Counted from the first letter of the stretch, positions 1-8,094 are shown. The stretch is DNA of 64,000 nt from a bacterium (GCA_031082185.1 JAVHLI010000001.1:199127-263126), one strand, 5' to 3'. Translations and numbers: made by a program. Notes: generated by a model not told the origin, from the sequence alone.

Positions 1-1
1 C

Positions 2-190
2 AAGGCCTGCGGGGAGGATACGCAGCGGACCCTCCAGATCCTGGAGCACCTCAGCCCGCGGCAGGTCGAGGCGGCTCTCCGGTACTCCCGCGCTTACCCC
101 GAGGAGATCGAGGCGCTGGTGGCTGAGAACGAGCGCTCACCAGACGAGTGGGAGCGCCTGTATCCGCATCTGACGCCGCTCAGTGGGTAG
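2..190 (+). CDS. DUF433-family protein, C-terminal fragment (5' end lies outside window)
   Basis: Frame 2 translates to ...[44 protein letters not shown]. Same C-terminal pattern (AYPEEIE..RRNE) as the DUF433 proteins at 639-1055 and 44230-44706. Confidence 0.5.
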   Translation, partial: KACGEDTQRTLQILEHLSPRQVEAALRYSRAYPEEIEALVAENERSPDEWERLYPHLTPLSG

Positions 191-590
191 CAACAGCGTA
201 GGTGCCGGTTTCCCCGGGGAGCTGCCTGTGCGGCTGTGGCTTGACGAGATGGTCCCCGCCGAAGTCGCCCGCCAGTTGCGCCGGCGCGGGTACGACGTGC
301 AGGCCGCGCAGGAACCGGAGCACCGGTGGGCGTGGGGCCTGGAGGACGCCGAGCAACTCCAGGCCGCGACGCGGGTTGGGCGGGCCCTGGTCACCTTCAA
401 CCTGCGGGACTTCGTCCCGCTGTCCCAGCAGTGGGCCGAAGCCGGCAGGGAGCACGCAGGCATCATCCTGGTCCACGCCAGGGCGGTTCAGCCCGGTGAG
501 ATCGGCGCGCTGGTCCAGAGACTGGCTGCGCTGCTCGACGCCACTCAGGATGATCAGGGGCTGGAGAACCGCGTCGTCTTCCTGCGTTAA
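183..590 (+). CDS. DUF5615 (PIN-like, COG4634-type) putative toxin partner of DUF433
   Basis: Paralogous to 1056-1430 and 44751-45050 (..RGYDV/AV.A....L..A.D...L..A..EGR.L.T.N..DF..L). True start probably an internal GTG near 216-228. Confidence 0.55.
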   Translation: MGSNSVGAGFPGELPVRLWLDEMVPAEVARQLRRRGYDVQAAQEPEHRWAWGLEDAEQLQAATRVGRALVTFNLRDFVPLSQQWAEAGREHAGIILVHARAVQPGEIGALVQRLAALLDATQDDQGLENRVVFLR

Positions 591-608
591 GAACCCCGCA
601 GGCGAAGT

Positions 609-618
609 GTGCTACAAT
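609..618 (+). promoter_or_regulatory. extended -10 element TGcTACAAT
   Basis: Sequence gtgTGcTACAATgtagcgtaGAGGTGacaagaATG. A TGn-TACAAT box 21 nt upstream of the ATG at 639, with SD-like GAGGTG. Confidence 0.4.
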
Positions 619-638
619 GTAGCGTAGAGGTGACAAGA

Positions 639-1055
639 ATGCCTGTGGTTAGGCCGGTTTCAGTGAGGCTAGAGCGAGAGGTCGACGCCGAGGTGCGCGA
701 TATTGCCCGCCGGGACGACAGGCCCCTCGGCCGGGTCATCAACGAGCTCCTTGACCGTGCGCTGCGAATGCGGCGGTTTCCGGGAGTCGTCTTCGTAGAT
801 GGGCCGGCCGGGGTCAGAGCGCACCTCAGCGGCAGCGGGCTCGACATCTGGGAGATTGTGGCGCTGGCGCGCGCGTACGGATCCCCTGAGAAGGCCCGCG
901 AGGCGCTGCCCACATTGTCGGAAGCCGACATGCGGCTGGCCCTGGCGTATGGGGGCACCTATCCGGACGAGATCGAAGAGCGCATCCGCCGCAACGAGCG
1001 GCCCATGGAGGACCTAATGCGCGAGTACCCGTTCGTTCGGAAGATCCCCGCGTAG
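639..1055 (+). CDS. DUF433-domain protein (putative antitoxin/regulator of DUF5615 partner)
   Basis: Translation MPVVRPVSVRLEREVDAEVRDIARRDDRPLGRVINELLDRAL...GSGLDIWEIV...YPDEIEERIRRNER. RHH-like N-terminus plus DUF433 core. ORF track calls start at 609, but the -10 box overlaps it, so the ATG at 639 is preferred. Confidence 0.55.
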   Translation: MPVVRPVSVRLEREVDAEVRDIARRDDRPLGRVINELLDRALRMRRFPGVVFVDGPAGVRAHLSGSGLDIWEIVALARAYGSPEKAREALPTLSEADMRLALAYGGTYPDEIEERIRRNERPMEDLMREYPFVRKIPA

Positions 1056-1430
1056 GTGCCGCCTCGCCTGCTGCTCGATGTTCACTTCTCACGAGCCGTC
1101 GCCTACGCGCTCCGTTCCCGAGGATTTGACGCCGTGGCTGCTCAGGACGATGCCTTGCTCCGCAGCCGCAGCGACGAGCACCTGCTGGCAGCGGCTGCCG
1201 AGCAACGGCGCGCGGTGGTCACGTACAACATCAACGATTTCGTCACCTTGGCGCGCGCGTGGGTTATGGGTGAACGCGGGCACTTTGGGATTGTACTGGT
1301 GCACCCTGGAACGATCGCCCAGGCAGACATCGGAGGGCAGGCACGAGCCCTTGAGCACCTCCTGGCGTCACTTCCCACAGAGGACGCGCTCAGGGGCGTG
1401 ACGGTGTTTCTCGGGAAGCCCGATCTCTAG
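1056..1430 (+). CDS. DUF5615 (PIN-like) putative toxin
   Basis: MPPRLLLDVHFSRAVAYALRSRGFDAV...VVTYNINDFVTLA... Immediately follows the DUF433 gene with a 1-nt gap (stop/start coupling). Confidence 0.55.
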   Translation: MPPRLLLDVHFSRAVAYALRSRGFDAVAAQDDALLRSRSDEHLLAAAAEQRRAVVTYNINDFVTLARAWVMGERGHFGIVLVHPGTIAQADIGGQARALEHLLASLPTEDALRGVTVFLGKPDL

Positions 1431-1703
1431 AAACGGCCTTCCTGGTCCGAACTCCCCCGTCCCCGTCCCTGGACCTCGTCCGCGCTTCGCCTTCGGCTAT
1501 CCAGATTGGGTGGCCCTGTAGATCTTGCTCCAGTGTCCAACGAGATGGACGATGACAGTCTGCTCAGGTCGCCGCCGAGAGGCTCAGGGGCAAGACAATC
1601 CCTCACCAGGCCCACCCGGCCCTCTTTGCAACTTCCTGCCGCAGGATAGCCGGGCAGGAAAGCGGAAACAACGTCCTGCCGAAGCACTCCCTGAGGAGAG
1701 AAG

Positions 1704-2441
1704 ATGAGCACCAGGACCGCAAGCACCGTTCTGCGCGGCCTTGCATACACCGCCGCCGTGGTGGCGATCATCGCAGCGGCCGCCCCCACCGCAGCCCCTC
1801 AACCCAGTCAGCCGTTCTCCGAGGACAACGCCAAGAACCTGATCCGGGGAGCGCTCCTGCAGTACTTCGACGCCGAGTCGGTCCTTGAGATCTCTGCCTC
1901 AGGTACGGTCCTGTTAGGCGATGTCCTTGTAATCGAGGACCTGCTGGTCGTAGGCAGGCCCGTACTGCTGCGCGGTGTCCGCGGAGAGGTACTGGTTCAA
2001 GCGGCCGGGCTTCATCTCGACATGCCGGCCCTGGCCGGTCGGCAGATCCGGGTCGTGATACTGGGGAAGGCGACCGTCGTGGGGAAGAGCACCGCGAGGG
2101 ATATCCAGGAAGGACTGGCCAGGACGTCGCCCAACATCCTCAGGCCGACGGTGAGGTTCCAGGTGGGTCAGTTTGAGGTGGCGGCGACGATCAGGCAGGA
2201 GGCGAAGCTCTATCCTGCTCTGGTGAGGGGGAACCTGACGGTCGAGCAGGAGCAGCGAGTGCGCGTGGTGGTCACCGAGGCGCAGGTTTTGGGCAGCGAC
2301 GTCCCCCGGGGCATGATTGAGAAGGAGCTGGCCAAGCTGAACCCCGTGTTGGACCTCTCGAAGTGGCCGTTCAACCTGCGCATCCAGCGGCTGGTGCTCC
2401 ACAACGACACGGTTGAGGTGCTGGCCGCGAGCGGGCAATAG
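1704..2441 (+). CDS. secreted/membrane-anchored hypothetical protein, DUF2993/LmeA-like
   Basis: N-terminal hydrophobic anchor (AYTAAVVAIIAAAAPTAAP), then repetitive beta-rich segments typical of DUF2993. The antisense ORF 1914-2501 was judged spurious. Confidence 0.35.
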   Translation: MSTRTASTVLRGLAYTAAVVAIIAAAAPTAAPQPSQPFSEDNAKNLIRGALLQYFDAESVLEISASGTVLLGDVLVIEDLLVVGRPVLLRGVRGEVLVQAAGLHLDMPALAGRQIRVVILGKATVVGKSTARDIQEGLARTSPNILRPTVRFQVGQFEVAATIRQEAKLYPALVRGNLTVEQEQRVRVVVTEAQVLGSDVPRGMIEKELAKLNPVLDLSKWPFNLRIQRLVLHNDTVEVLAASGQ

Positions 2442-2466
2442 ACACACATCGCGCCCACGTGCGGGG

Positions 2467-3291
2467 CTACAGGTCCAGATCCGCGGGGTAGTCCTGCTCA
2501 CCCCGGTACTCGACGTTCTTGGAGACGATCGCCCGCAGGACCCGCTTGTCGTATCCGGCGCGCTCCAGGGATCGCAGCATGGACAGCGTGTCCTTCGGGA
2601 GGCACTTCCCAGAGAACCCGCGGCTGTCGCCCCACGAGGCGGTGTGCATGGGGCCCACGCGGGGGTCCAGCATCCACAGGTCCCTGGCTTCCCAGTACGG
2701 CACGCCCCACGCGGCGCACGCCTCCCGCATCTCGTTGGCGAACATGACCTTCCAGGCGATGAACTCGTTCTCGAACGCCTTCACCGCCTCGGCGATGCGG
2801 GCCGACGTGACGCGGTACTGCTTCATCGGGCCGGCGATGGGGGCGAATAGATCTACCACCCGCTCACAGTCCGCCGGATCTCCGCCGAAGATGTAGAAGG
2901 GGCACTCGATCTCGTCCCGCATGAAGCCGTACGGAACCCAGTACTGCGGCTCGCCCACGTACTCCGGGGAGAACACGATCGGCTTGCCCGTCTTCGCCTT
3001 AAGCTCGTCGGTCGTCCCGACCGGGACGGTTGAGCGGAGCAGTATCGTGCCGGCCTCGATCCATCCGACGGCCTCTTCCACAATCGTTGTATCGCACGAG
3101 CCATCCGCGCGCATGGGCGTGGGCACGCAGACGGCCACCAGGGCGCTTCCGTTGATGTCGTCCCGGCTACCGTGCCCATTCGGTGGATCGTAGATGGTCA
3201 CCTCATACCGGTGTCCGAAGAACGCCTCCATCGCCTGCCCGACGCGCCCGTAGCCTACGATGCCGACGCGAGATGTGCCGATCCGAGACAT
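2467..3291 (-). CDS. short UDP-glucose/GDP-mannose dehydrogenase-family protein (N-terminal NAD-binding + central catalytic domain only), copy 1
   Basis: GIVGYGRVGQA Rossmann motif, VCVPTP motif, catalytic-Cys motif GKCLPKD (cf. GGSCFPKD). Only 274 aa, so the UDP-binding C-terminal domain is absent. Paralog of 13903-14742. Confidence 0.5.
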   Translation of the reverse strand: MSRIGTSRVGIVGYGRVGQAMEAFFGHRYEVTIYDPPNGHGSRDDINGSALVAVCVPTPMRADGSCDTTIVEEAVGWIEAGTILLRSTVPVGTTDELKAKTGKPIVFSPEYVGEPQYWVPYGFMRDEIECPFYIFGGDPADCERVVDLFAPIAGPMKQYRVTSARIAEAVKAFENEFIAWKVMFANEMREACAAWGVPYWEARDLWMLDPRVGPMHTASWGDSRGFSGKCLPKDTLSMLRSLERAGYDKRVLRAIVSKNVEYRGEQDYPADLDL

Positions 3292-3390
3292 ATTCTCACC
3301 TCAGTCAGGTGTCCCTGGACACCTTCTCGGCTTCGCTGATGGTGCTGCTACTACCTGCGTTGCGATCGCGCAGCGGCCGCCTCCACGCTG
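2467..3390. repeat. direct repeat copy A (~0.9 kb: udg-like gene + ~100 bp upstream leader)
   Basis: By-eye alignment with 13903-14830 is roughly 85-90% identical. It extends past the start codon: cacctcag..ggacaccttctc.gcttcgctgat.gtg.tgctac. Confidence 0.7.
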
Positions 3391-3674
3391 GGGCCTTTGC
3401 CTCACTCATAATCGTGTATCGCGTGATCGAACTACTACTGACACCTGAGGCTCTCTTAGGGGGCAGACCACCGCAACCGAACGCAATTACGCCCCCGCCG
3501 GAGCTGCGGCGCAGATCCACTCCGCCGCACCCGCAAGGGAGTCGGCCGCGAAGTCGAACGTCTCGGGTCTTGGCTCGTCGTAACCATAGCAGGCAGCAAT
3601 TTCAACTTCATACTTGACGTACCTTTCAACCGACTAGTACTCTTACCAATGATAAGGCAAATTGGAGGCGAGAA

Positions 3675-3953
3675 ATGCGTACTTACGCTCGTACGACGAA
3701 GGCCAAGATAACCCTGACGCTGAGCTCTGATGTGGTATGTCAGCTCGACGCTCTGGCACGCGCGCCGCAATCTCGCTCTCGTAGCCATCTTGTGGAAGAG
3801 GCTCTGCGTCGGTGGCTTGACGAACGCGTCCAGGAGAATATCGAGCAGCAGACTGAGGAGTACTACGGCTCTCTATCGCCCGCCGAGCGCGAACAAGACA
3901 GAGAGTGGGCCGCACTCGCAGCCGAGGCAGCCCGACAACTGTGGGACAAGTAA
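3675..3953 (+). CDS. ribbon-helix-helix (CopG/MazE-like) antitoxin
   Basis: MRTYARTTKAKITLTLSSDVVCQLDALA...SRSHLVEEALRRWL. Precedes the MazF gene by 6 nt. Confidence 0.6.
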   Translation: MRTYARTTKAKITLTLSSDVVCQLDALARAPQSRSRSHLVEEALRRWLDERVQENIEQQTEEYYGSLSPAEREQDREWAALAAEAARQLWDK

Positions 3954-3959
3954 CGCTCC

Positions 3960-4307
3960 GTGTCGTATCCACGCCGAGGTGAGATCTACCTGGTCACCCT
4001 ACCCGGGCACCCTGCCGATCCTAAGGCGCGACCCGCCCTGATCGTGTCAATGGACGTCCGTAACCGCCTGGCGAATGATGTGATGGTGGTGCCGCTGTCC
4101 ACGACTCTCCGCGCGGCCCCGACCCACGTCGAACTGCCCGCAGGGGAAGGTGGCCTGCGGGAAACTTCGATGGCCAAGTGCGAGCAGGTAACCACCCTGG
4201 ATAAGTCGTTCCTGATTCGTGGCCCCTTCGCTGGAACCATCAGTCCCGCGCTCATGCGGGAAATCGAAAAAGCGATCCAGCGGGCTATTGGCATTCCCGT
4301 CGCGTGA
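3960..4307 (+). CDS. mazF: MazF/PemK-family endoribonuclease toxin
   Basis: RRGEIYLVTL.....KARPALIVSMDVRNRLANDVMVVPLST. Classic PemK/MazF N-terminal pattern. Confidence 0.7.
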   Translation: MSYPRRGEIYLVTLPGHPADPKARPALIVSMDVRNRLANDVMVVPLSTTLRAAPTHVELPAGEGGLRETSMAKCEQVTTLDKSFLIRGPFAGTISPALMREIEKAIQRAIGIPVA

Positions 4308-4392
4308 CCGGCGAAATCCGGCGGCATTGGGGTAGCCCTGAGGAGTAGTGCTTCTCTCCGGTGCGCCACTTGCTCACCACCTCCCGCCGGGT

Positions 4393-4803
4393 CTAAGCGA
4401 AGCTGCGCAGACCGAGGCGCAGGACGCGGCGTCACTCGGCGTGGTCGGAGACCAGAAAGGTCGCCGAGCGCCTGAGGCGGAGGAAGCGCGCCGCGGGCAC
4501 CGCCATGAACCTGGCGAGGAGGCGCTCGACCGCCGACTCGCTGATGCGCAGCGCGTCCATGAGCTGGTTGACAATGTGGACCACGTCGTACATGGCGTAC
4601 CCAAGGCTCTTGGCCGGGATGGCGCGGGGGTCGGCAAGGTTGATCGAGTCTATGGGATGGCGGGAAACCGGTACCGCGAAGCGGGTCTCCGTGACGATCT
4701 CCTCGTCGTCGTAGGCCAGGACCGTGGTGTGCCGGGTGCGCACGGTGTCGCCGTTGACCCCGTCCAGATCTATGCTGTAGGATTCATACAGGGTCATGTG
4801 CAC
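4393..4803 (-). pseudogene. partial, internally deleted copy of the YjbQ-like fusion gene at 8988-10358
   Basis: DNA at 4393-4790 matches 8990-9660, with two internal deletions bounded by short direct repeats (e.g. gggggtcggc). Translation matches the C-terminal 50 aa (..AIPAKSLGYAMYDVVHIVNQLMDALRISESAVERLLARFMAVPAARFLRL.RSATFLVSDHAE) and the ..MDLDGVNGDT.RTRHTTVLAYDDEE.. block. Confidence 0.7.
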
Positions 4804-4830
4804 ACGACACTGCAGAAGGGACGAGAGGCC

Positions 4831-5079
4831 ATGACAAAGCGCAGGGTGAACTTGACTCTGCCCGAGAACTTGTGGATCAATCTGCGCGCGCGCGTTCCCG
4901 AGCGCAAGATCAGCGAGTACGTCGCCGAGGCGACGGCGGCGCGGCTGGCCGAAGAGGAGAGGGCCATCCTAAGAGAGCGTCTCAAGGACCAGTACGTGGC
5001 GCGGGCGGCTCAAGACCACAAACTGGCCGAAGAGTTCTTCGCCGCCGAGCAGGAGACCACTGATCGGATCGGAGCCTGA
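4831..5079 (+). CDS. RHH antitoxin (MazE/CopG-like)
   Basis: MTKRRVNLTLPENLWINLRARVPERKISEYVAEATAARLAEEERAILRERL... Start computed from the ORF track (Met162 of ORF 4348-5079). The upstream part of that ORF is antisense to the pseudogene. Confidence 0.6.
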   Translation: MTKRRVNLTLPENLWINLRARVPERKISEYVAEATAARLAEEERAILRERLKDQYVARAAQDHKLAEEFFAAEQETTDRIGA

Positions 5080-5086
5080 AAGACCT

Positions 5087-5584
5087 GTGCGCACCTACAG
5101 GCGCGGCGACGTCTGGCTGGCCAACCTGGATCCGGTCATCGGCTCGGAGCAAGGAAAGACTCGCCCGGTTGTCATTGTCCAAAACGACGTGGCGAACGAG
5201 TACAGCCCGGCGGTCATCGTTGCGGCCGTGACCACTGTGCTCGGCCCCAAGGAATATCCCACGGAGGTGCGGGTGCGGGCCCCAGAGGGCGGATTGAAGA
5301 GGGATTCTGCGATCCTGCTCAACCAGATTCGCACCATTGACCGATTCGCGCGGCAAGCCCCGGACTTCAGGCCGGGGAAGGATAGCGCGAGGTGTGGTAC
5401 AATGTTCATGCGGCCAACGCCGCCTACCGCAGGGCATGCGGGAAGTAACGCCGGGGAGATACGAGCAGCCGATCAGGCACTCGGCCCAGGAACCCACCGA
5501 AGCGATCCCGCCAGGGATTGCCGTAGGAATCCCCCGGCTTCAGGTGGGGGAGGATGTCAAAAGCGGCGCATGGTCGAGCGCTGA
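5087..5584 (+). CDS. mazF: MazF/PemK-family toxin carrying a ~170-bp 3' insertion (C-terminally extended ORF)
   Basis: RRGDVWLANLDPVIGSEQGKTRPVVIVQNDVANEYSPAVIVAAVTTVLG...LLNQIRTIDRFAR. The ORF then reads through inserted DNA to 5584 instead of stopping at the TAG that follows DRFAR in the remnant at 45093. Confidence 0.65.
   Translation: MRTYRRGDVWLANLDPVIGSEQGKTRPVVIVQNDVANEYSPAVIVAAVTTVLGPKEYPTEVRVRAPEGGLKRDSAILLNQIRTIDRFARQAPDFRPGKDSARCGTMFMRPTPPTAGHAGSNAGEIRAADQALGPGTHRSDPARDCRRNPPASGGGGCQKRRMVER
5354..5523. repeat. ~170-bp insertion / repeat unit inside mazF 3' end (hairpin CCCCGGACTTCAGGCCGGGG + extended -10 TGgTACAAT)
   Basis: Flanks tgaccgattcgcgcgg | taggaatcccccggcttcaggtgggggaggatgtcaa are contiguous at 45093-45145 but separated by 170 bp here. 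The insert's 5' end mimics the hairpin that follows it. Confidence 0.55.
5395..5403 (+). promoter_or_regulatory. extended -10 element TGgTACAAT inside the insertion
   Basis: Sequence gtgTGgTACAATgttc, the same motif class as at 609-618. Confidence 0.3.
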
Positions 5585-5740
5585 GGAACTCTCGGCCTAG
5601 AGACGATGAAGAGGCTGGACGAAGTCCTGAAGATCAGCCTGGCGCTGGTACCGATCTGAGGGATTCCGGTCGCGCGCCGGCAGAGCGAGGAGATCCTCCG
5701 CGAGATCTTCGTCCGGAAGAGGACTTCCCCGTGAAGCGCA

Positions 5741-5778
5741 CCCTGGCCGACACCGGCCCGCTGGTGGCCTTGCCGTAG
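5741..5778 (+). pseudogene. remnant of a PIN-domain (VapC) N-terminus
   Basis: Translation VKRTLADTGPLVAL then stop. Resembles the conserved PIN start (..LDTNVLIAL..). Surrounded by other short decayed frames. Confidence 0.25.
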
Positions 5779-5838
5779 AGGCTGCCGGCGGACTCCGGGG
5801 ATGCGGTGCACTATCGCTGTGGAGCGGGCCGCGTTGGC

Positions 5839-6063
5839 TCATCCATCGGGATCCCCGGCGGCGCGCCACGCAGCGAGCGCTTCGCGGAGGGAGGCGGCGG
5901 GCCTTCCGGGCAGCGGGACGAGACGGGCCACAGGAGCGCCGTTGCGCTCGACGATGAAAGAATCCCCCCGGTAGCGCACTCTGCCCAGAGCATCGCCGAG
6001 CCTGCGGGCCAATTCGGTTGCAGAAATCCGGCGCTCCATATTCTGAATCATGCGTAATTCCAT
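5839..6063 (-). CDS. Phd/YefM-family antitoxin (apparently orphan)
   Basis: MELRMIQNMERRISATELARRLGDALGRVRYRGDSFIVERNGAPVARLVPLP... Start computed from the ORF track. No intact toxin downstream. Confidence 0.6.
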   Translation of the reverse strand: MELRMIQNMERRISATELARRLGDALGRVRYRGDSFIVERNGAPVARLVPLPGRPAASLREALAAWRAAGDPDG

Positions 6064-6128
6064 GCAAGCTGTAAAGCCCGGCGCGAACCGCGCCGCGCGG
6101 AGCTTCCGCCTGCGGAGGCTCTTCAGGA

Positions 6129-6320
6129 TCACGCCGCCGGGTGGTCGAGCGGCCGATCGGCCTGGCCCTGGCGCCTGAGCAGCAGCGCGCCCAGCCCCAT
6201 GGTGACGGCGAGGATCCAGGCCGTGGACGCGACGACCCCGGCCATCCGCTGCTGCACCCTCCTCACGCTGAAGAAGAGGAAGTTCACCGTCATCGGCAGC
6301 GTGCTCGCGGCCAGCAACAA
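6129..6320 (-). pseudogene. fragment of a Wzx/MOP-flippase-like C-terminus (copy 1)
   Basis: MTVNFLFFSVRRVQQRMAGVV.ST. DNA block ctcctcacgctgaagaagaggaagttcaccgtcatcggcagc is identical at 6262-6303 and 7330-7371. Confidence 0.4.
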
Positions 6321-6511
6321 CAGGATGGACCGGGCGCTGTCGAGAGCGTATCAGACAAGCCGCGCCTCGTCGTGAGAGCCGTGCGCAAACAGCGACATCG
6401 AGGTCGTCAGTTGACCACCAGCAGCGGCAGCAGGAACACTGGTGCGCCCCGCAGGATCGCAGCCACGTATGGAGATAGCAGACTGGCCCGCTTGATGCGG
6501 TAGCACCCCCG

Positions 6512-6877
6512 GTGCTACCCTCAGCGCGTGGGAAGCGCGAGACATGGGGTCTTCGCCGCACGGAGGTGAGCGGGCACCTGTCACATTTCGAAGGACCAAT
6601 TCGTTGGACCCGTCATGCCCAGCACGACCGCCTCCCTAGGCTTGTCGAAACGGGCAGGGTGCGTGATCTGGCAGATGTTGAGGAGATCCTGCGATCCCCT
6701 GAACGCATCGTGCAGGCGAAGATGGGGCGCCGAGAGGCCCAGCAGCGACGTGGCGGCGGCCTCCTGCGCATTGTCTTCGTGGAGGAGAAGGGTAGCCGTG
6801 TTATCATTACGATGAACTGGACGACAAAGGTCGATAGGTACTGGAAAGGGAGTGCCATAGATGAAGGTCACCTATGA
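6512..6877 (+). CDS. DUF4258-family putative toxin
   Basis: HAQHDRLPRLVETGRVRDLADVEEIL.....VVFVEEKGSRVIITM. Matches the DUF4258 H-A..R...R.I....V..vL.......VITvy pattern. Confidence 0.5.
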   Translation: MLPSARGKRETWGLRRTEVSGHLSHFEGPIRWTRHAQHDRLPRLVETGRVRDLADVEEILRSPERIVQAKMGRREAQQRRGGGLLRIVFVEEKGSRVIITMNWTTKVDRYWKGSAIDEGHL

Positions 6878-7091
6878 TCCGGAAGCGGATGTTCTGTACA
6901 TCCTCCTGCGCGAGGAGGCACGCGAGGCGGACACCGAGGAGATCCGTGGGGGGGTGACCGCAGCGTTCGACCAGCATGGACGCCTCATCTCGCTCGAGTA
7001 CATTGGCGCTGCAGCAGACGGCTTGGTCGTGGACGATACCATCAGGGTATCCGTGGTCAACTATCCCGGGCGTGCAAAGACGAGAGCGTAA
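6861..7091 (+). CDS. DUF2283-family protein (partner of DUF4258)
   Basis: MKVTYDPEADVLYILLREEA. Classic DUF2283 N-terminus. Overlaps the upstream gene by 17 nt. Confidence 0.55.
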   Translation: MKVTYDPEADVLYILLREEAREADTEEIRGGVTAAFDQHGRLISLEYIGAAADGLVVDDTIRVSVVNYPGRAKTRA

Positions 7092-7143
7092 CTCCACTCA
7101 TCAAGCAAGAAGGATGCCGGCCGGTGCGCTCGTCCCCATGGGC

Positions 7144-7365
7144 CTAGAGCAGCCGGCGATCGAAGGCAAGACGGGCAAGCAGTACAAGCGCAACTGAACT
7201 TTGTGCCGCGAACCACCCCAGACCCGCCCCCAACAGCCCCATGCGCGGGAGGAGCAGCACGCTCAGCCCCAGTGTCACGACCAGGATACAGAGGGTGCTG
7301 CCCACGACCCCGGCCATCTTCTGCTGCACCCTCCTCACGCTGAAGAAGAGGAAGTTCACCGTCAT
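7144..7365 (-). pseudogene. fragment of a Wzx/MOP-flippase-like C-terminus (copy 2)
   Basis: MTVNFLFFSVRRVQQKMAGVVGSTLCILVVTLGL. Duplicate of the 6129-6320 fragment. Confidence 0.4.
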
Positions 7366-7430
7366 CGGCAGCGCTTGAATTGGGGTGACGCGCGCGGGCC
7401 GGTCCGGCCGCTACGGTCCGGCCGGCAGGG

Positions 7431-7832
7431 CTACGGAATCAGCTTGATGTCCGGGAACACGGCGCGAAAGACGGCGGGGTCCAGGGTGAGCACCGCCAAG
7501 CCGTGGTGCTCGGCATGGGCGGCGATCAGGAAATCGCCCACGATGCGGCGTGGCAGGGCACCGTCGCGCCGCTTGCGGGCGTACTCACCGAATGCGCGCC
7601 CGGCGCGCTCCCACACTTCAGGCGGCATGGACCACAGCACTTCGATCTCGGCCCGCTCCAGGAAGGTCCGCAGCCCCTCCCAGCTCCGCGAGGCGACAAG
7701 CTCCGCGTAGACCACCGGACAGATGACCGGCGGCTGCGATCCCGCCACAGACAGCCTCCGCCTGGCCTCTTCGTGCAGGGCGTCCCGGGAGTCGAACGCC
7801 GCGAGGATGGCGCTGGTGTCAAGGCTGATCAT
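7431..7832 (-). CDS. vapC: PIN-domain toxin VapC
   Basis: MISLDTSAILAAFDSRDALHEEARRRL....PVVYAELVA...D. Start from Met22 of ORF 7431-7895, overlapping the vapB end. Confidence 0.65.
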   Translation of the reverse strand: MISLDTSAILAAFDSRDALHEEARRRLSVAGSQPPVICPVVYAELVASRSWEGLRTFLERAEIEVLWSMPPEVWERAGRAFGEYARKRRDGALPRRIVGDFLIAAHAEHHGLAVLTLDPAVFRAVFPDIKLIP

Positions 7833-8079
7833 CGCCCCACCGCAGTCTCCGCACGTGGCCTGTCGCGTCTCCGCCCGTCTCCTCGGAAAGAGCACGGAAG
7901 TCGAACTCTTGCAGCAGCGCCTCGATCACCTGCCCTATGTCGGGCCTGACTTTCCGGAGCTCGATGTGTTCACCGGCAGTCGTCACCTCCAGACGGTCGC
8001 CCGCCTTGATGCCGAGGGCCCGCCGGACCTGCGCGGGCAGCGTCAGCTGAAACTTGCGGCTTACGCGGGAGAATGCCAT
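7819..8079 (-). CDS. vapB: AbrB/MazE/SpoVT-fold antitoxin VapB
   Basis: MAFSRVSRKFQLTLPAQVRRALGIKAGDRLEVTTAGEHIELRKV. Swapped-hairpin antitoxin motif. Confidence 0.6.
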   Translation of the reverse strand: MAFSRVSRKFQLTLPAQVRRALGIKAGDRLEVTTAGEHIELRKVRPDIGQVIEALLQEFDFRALSEETGGDATGHVRRLRWGDDQP

Positions 8080-8094
8080 CGCTTTACCAGCTTA

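Noticed and set aside
1914-2501. 195-aa minus-strand ORF overlapping the DUF2993-like gene
   Set aside because: The plus-strand ORF has a signal/anchor and domain-like repeats. The minus ORF is Arg/His/Pro-rich. I kept the plus-strand call but with low confidence.
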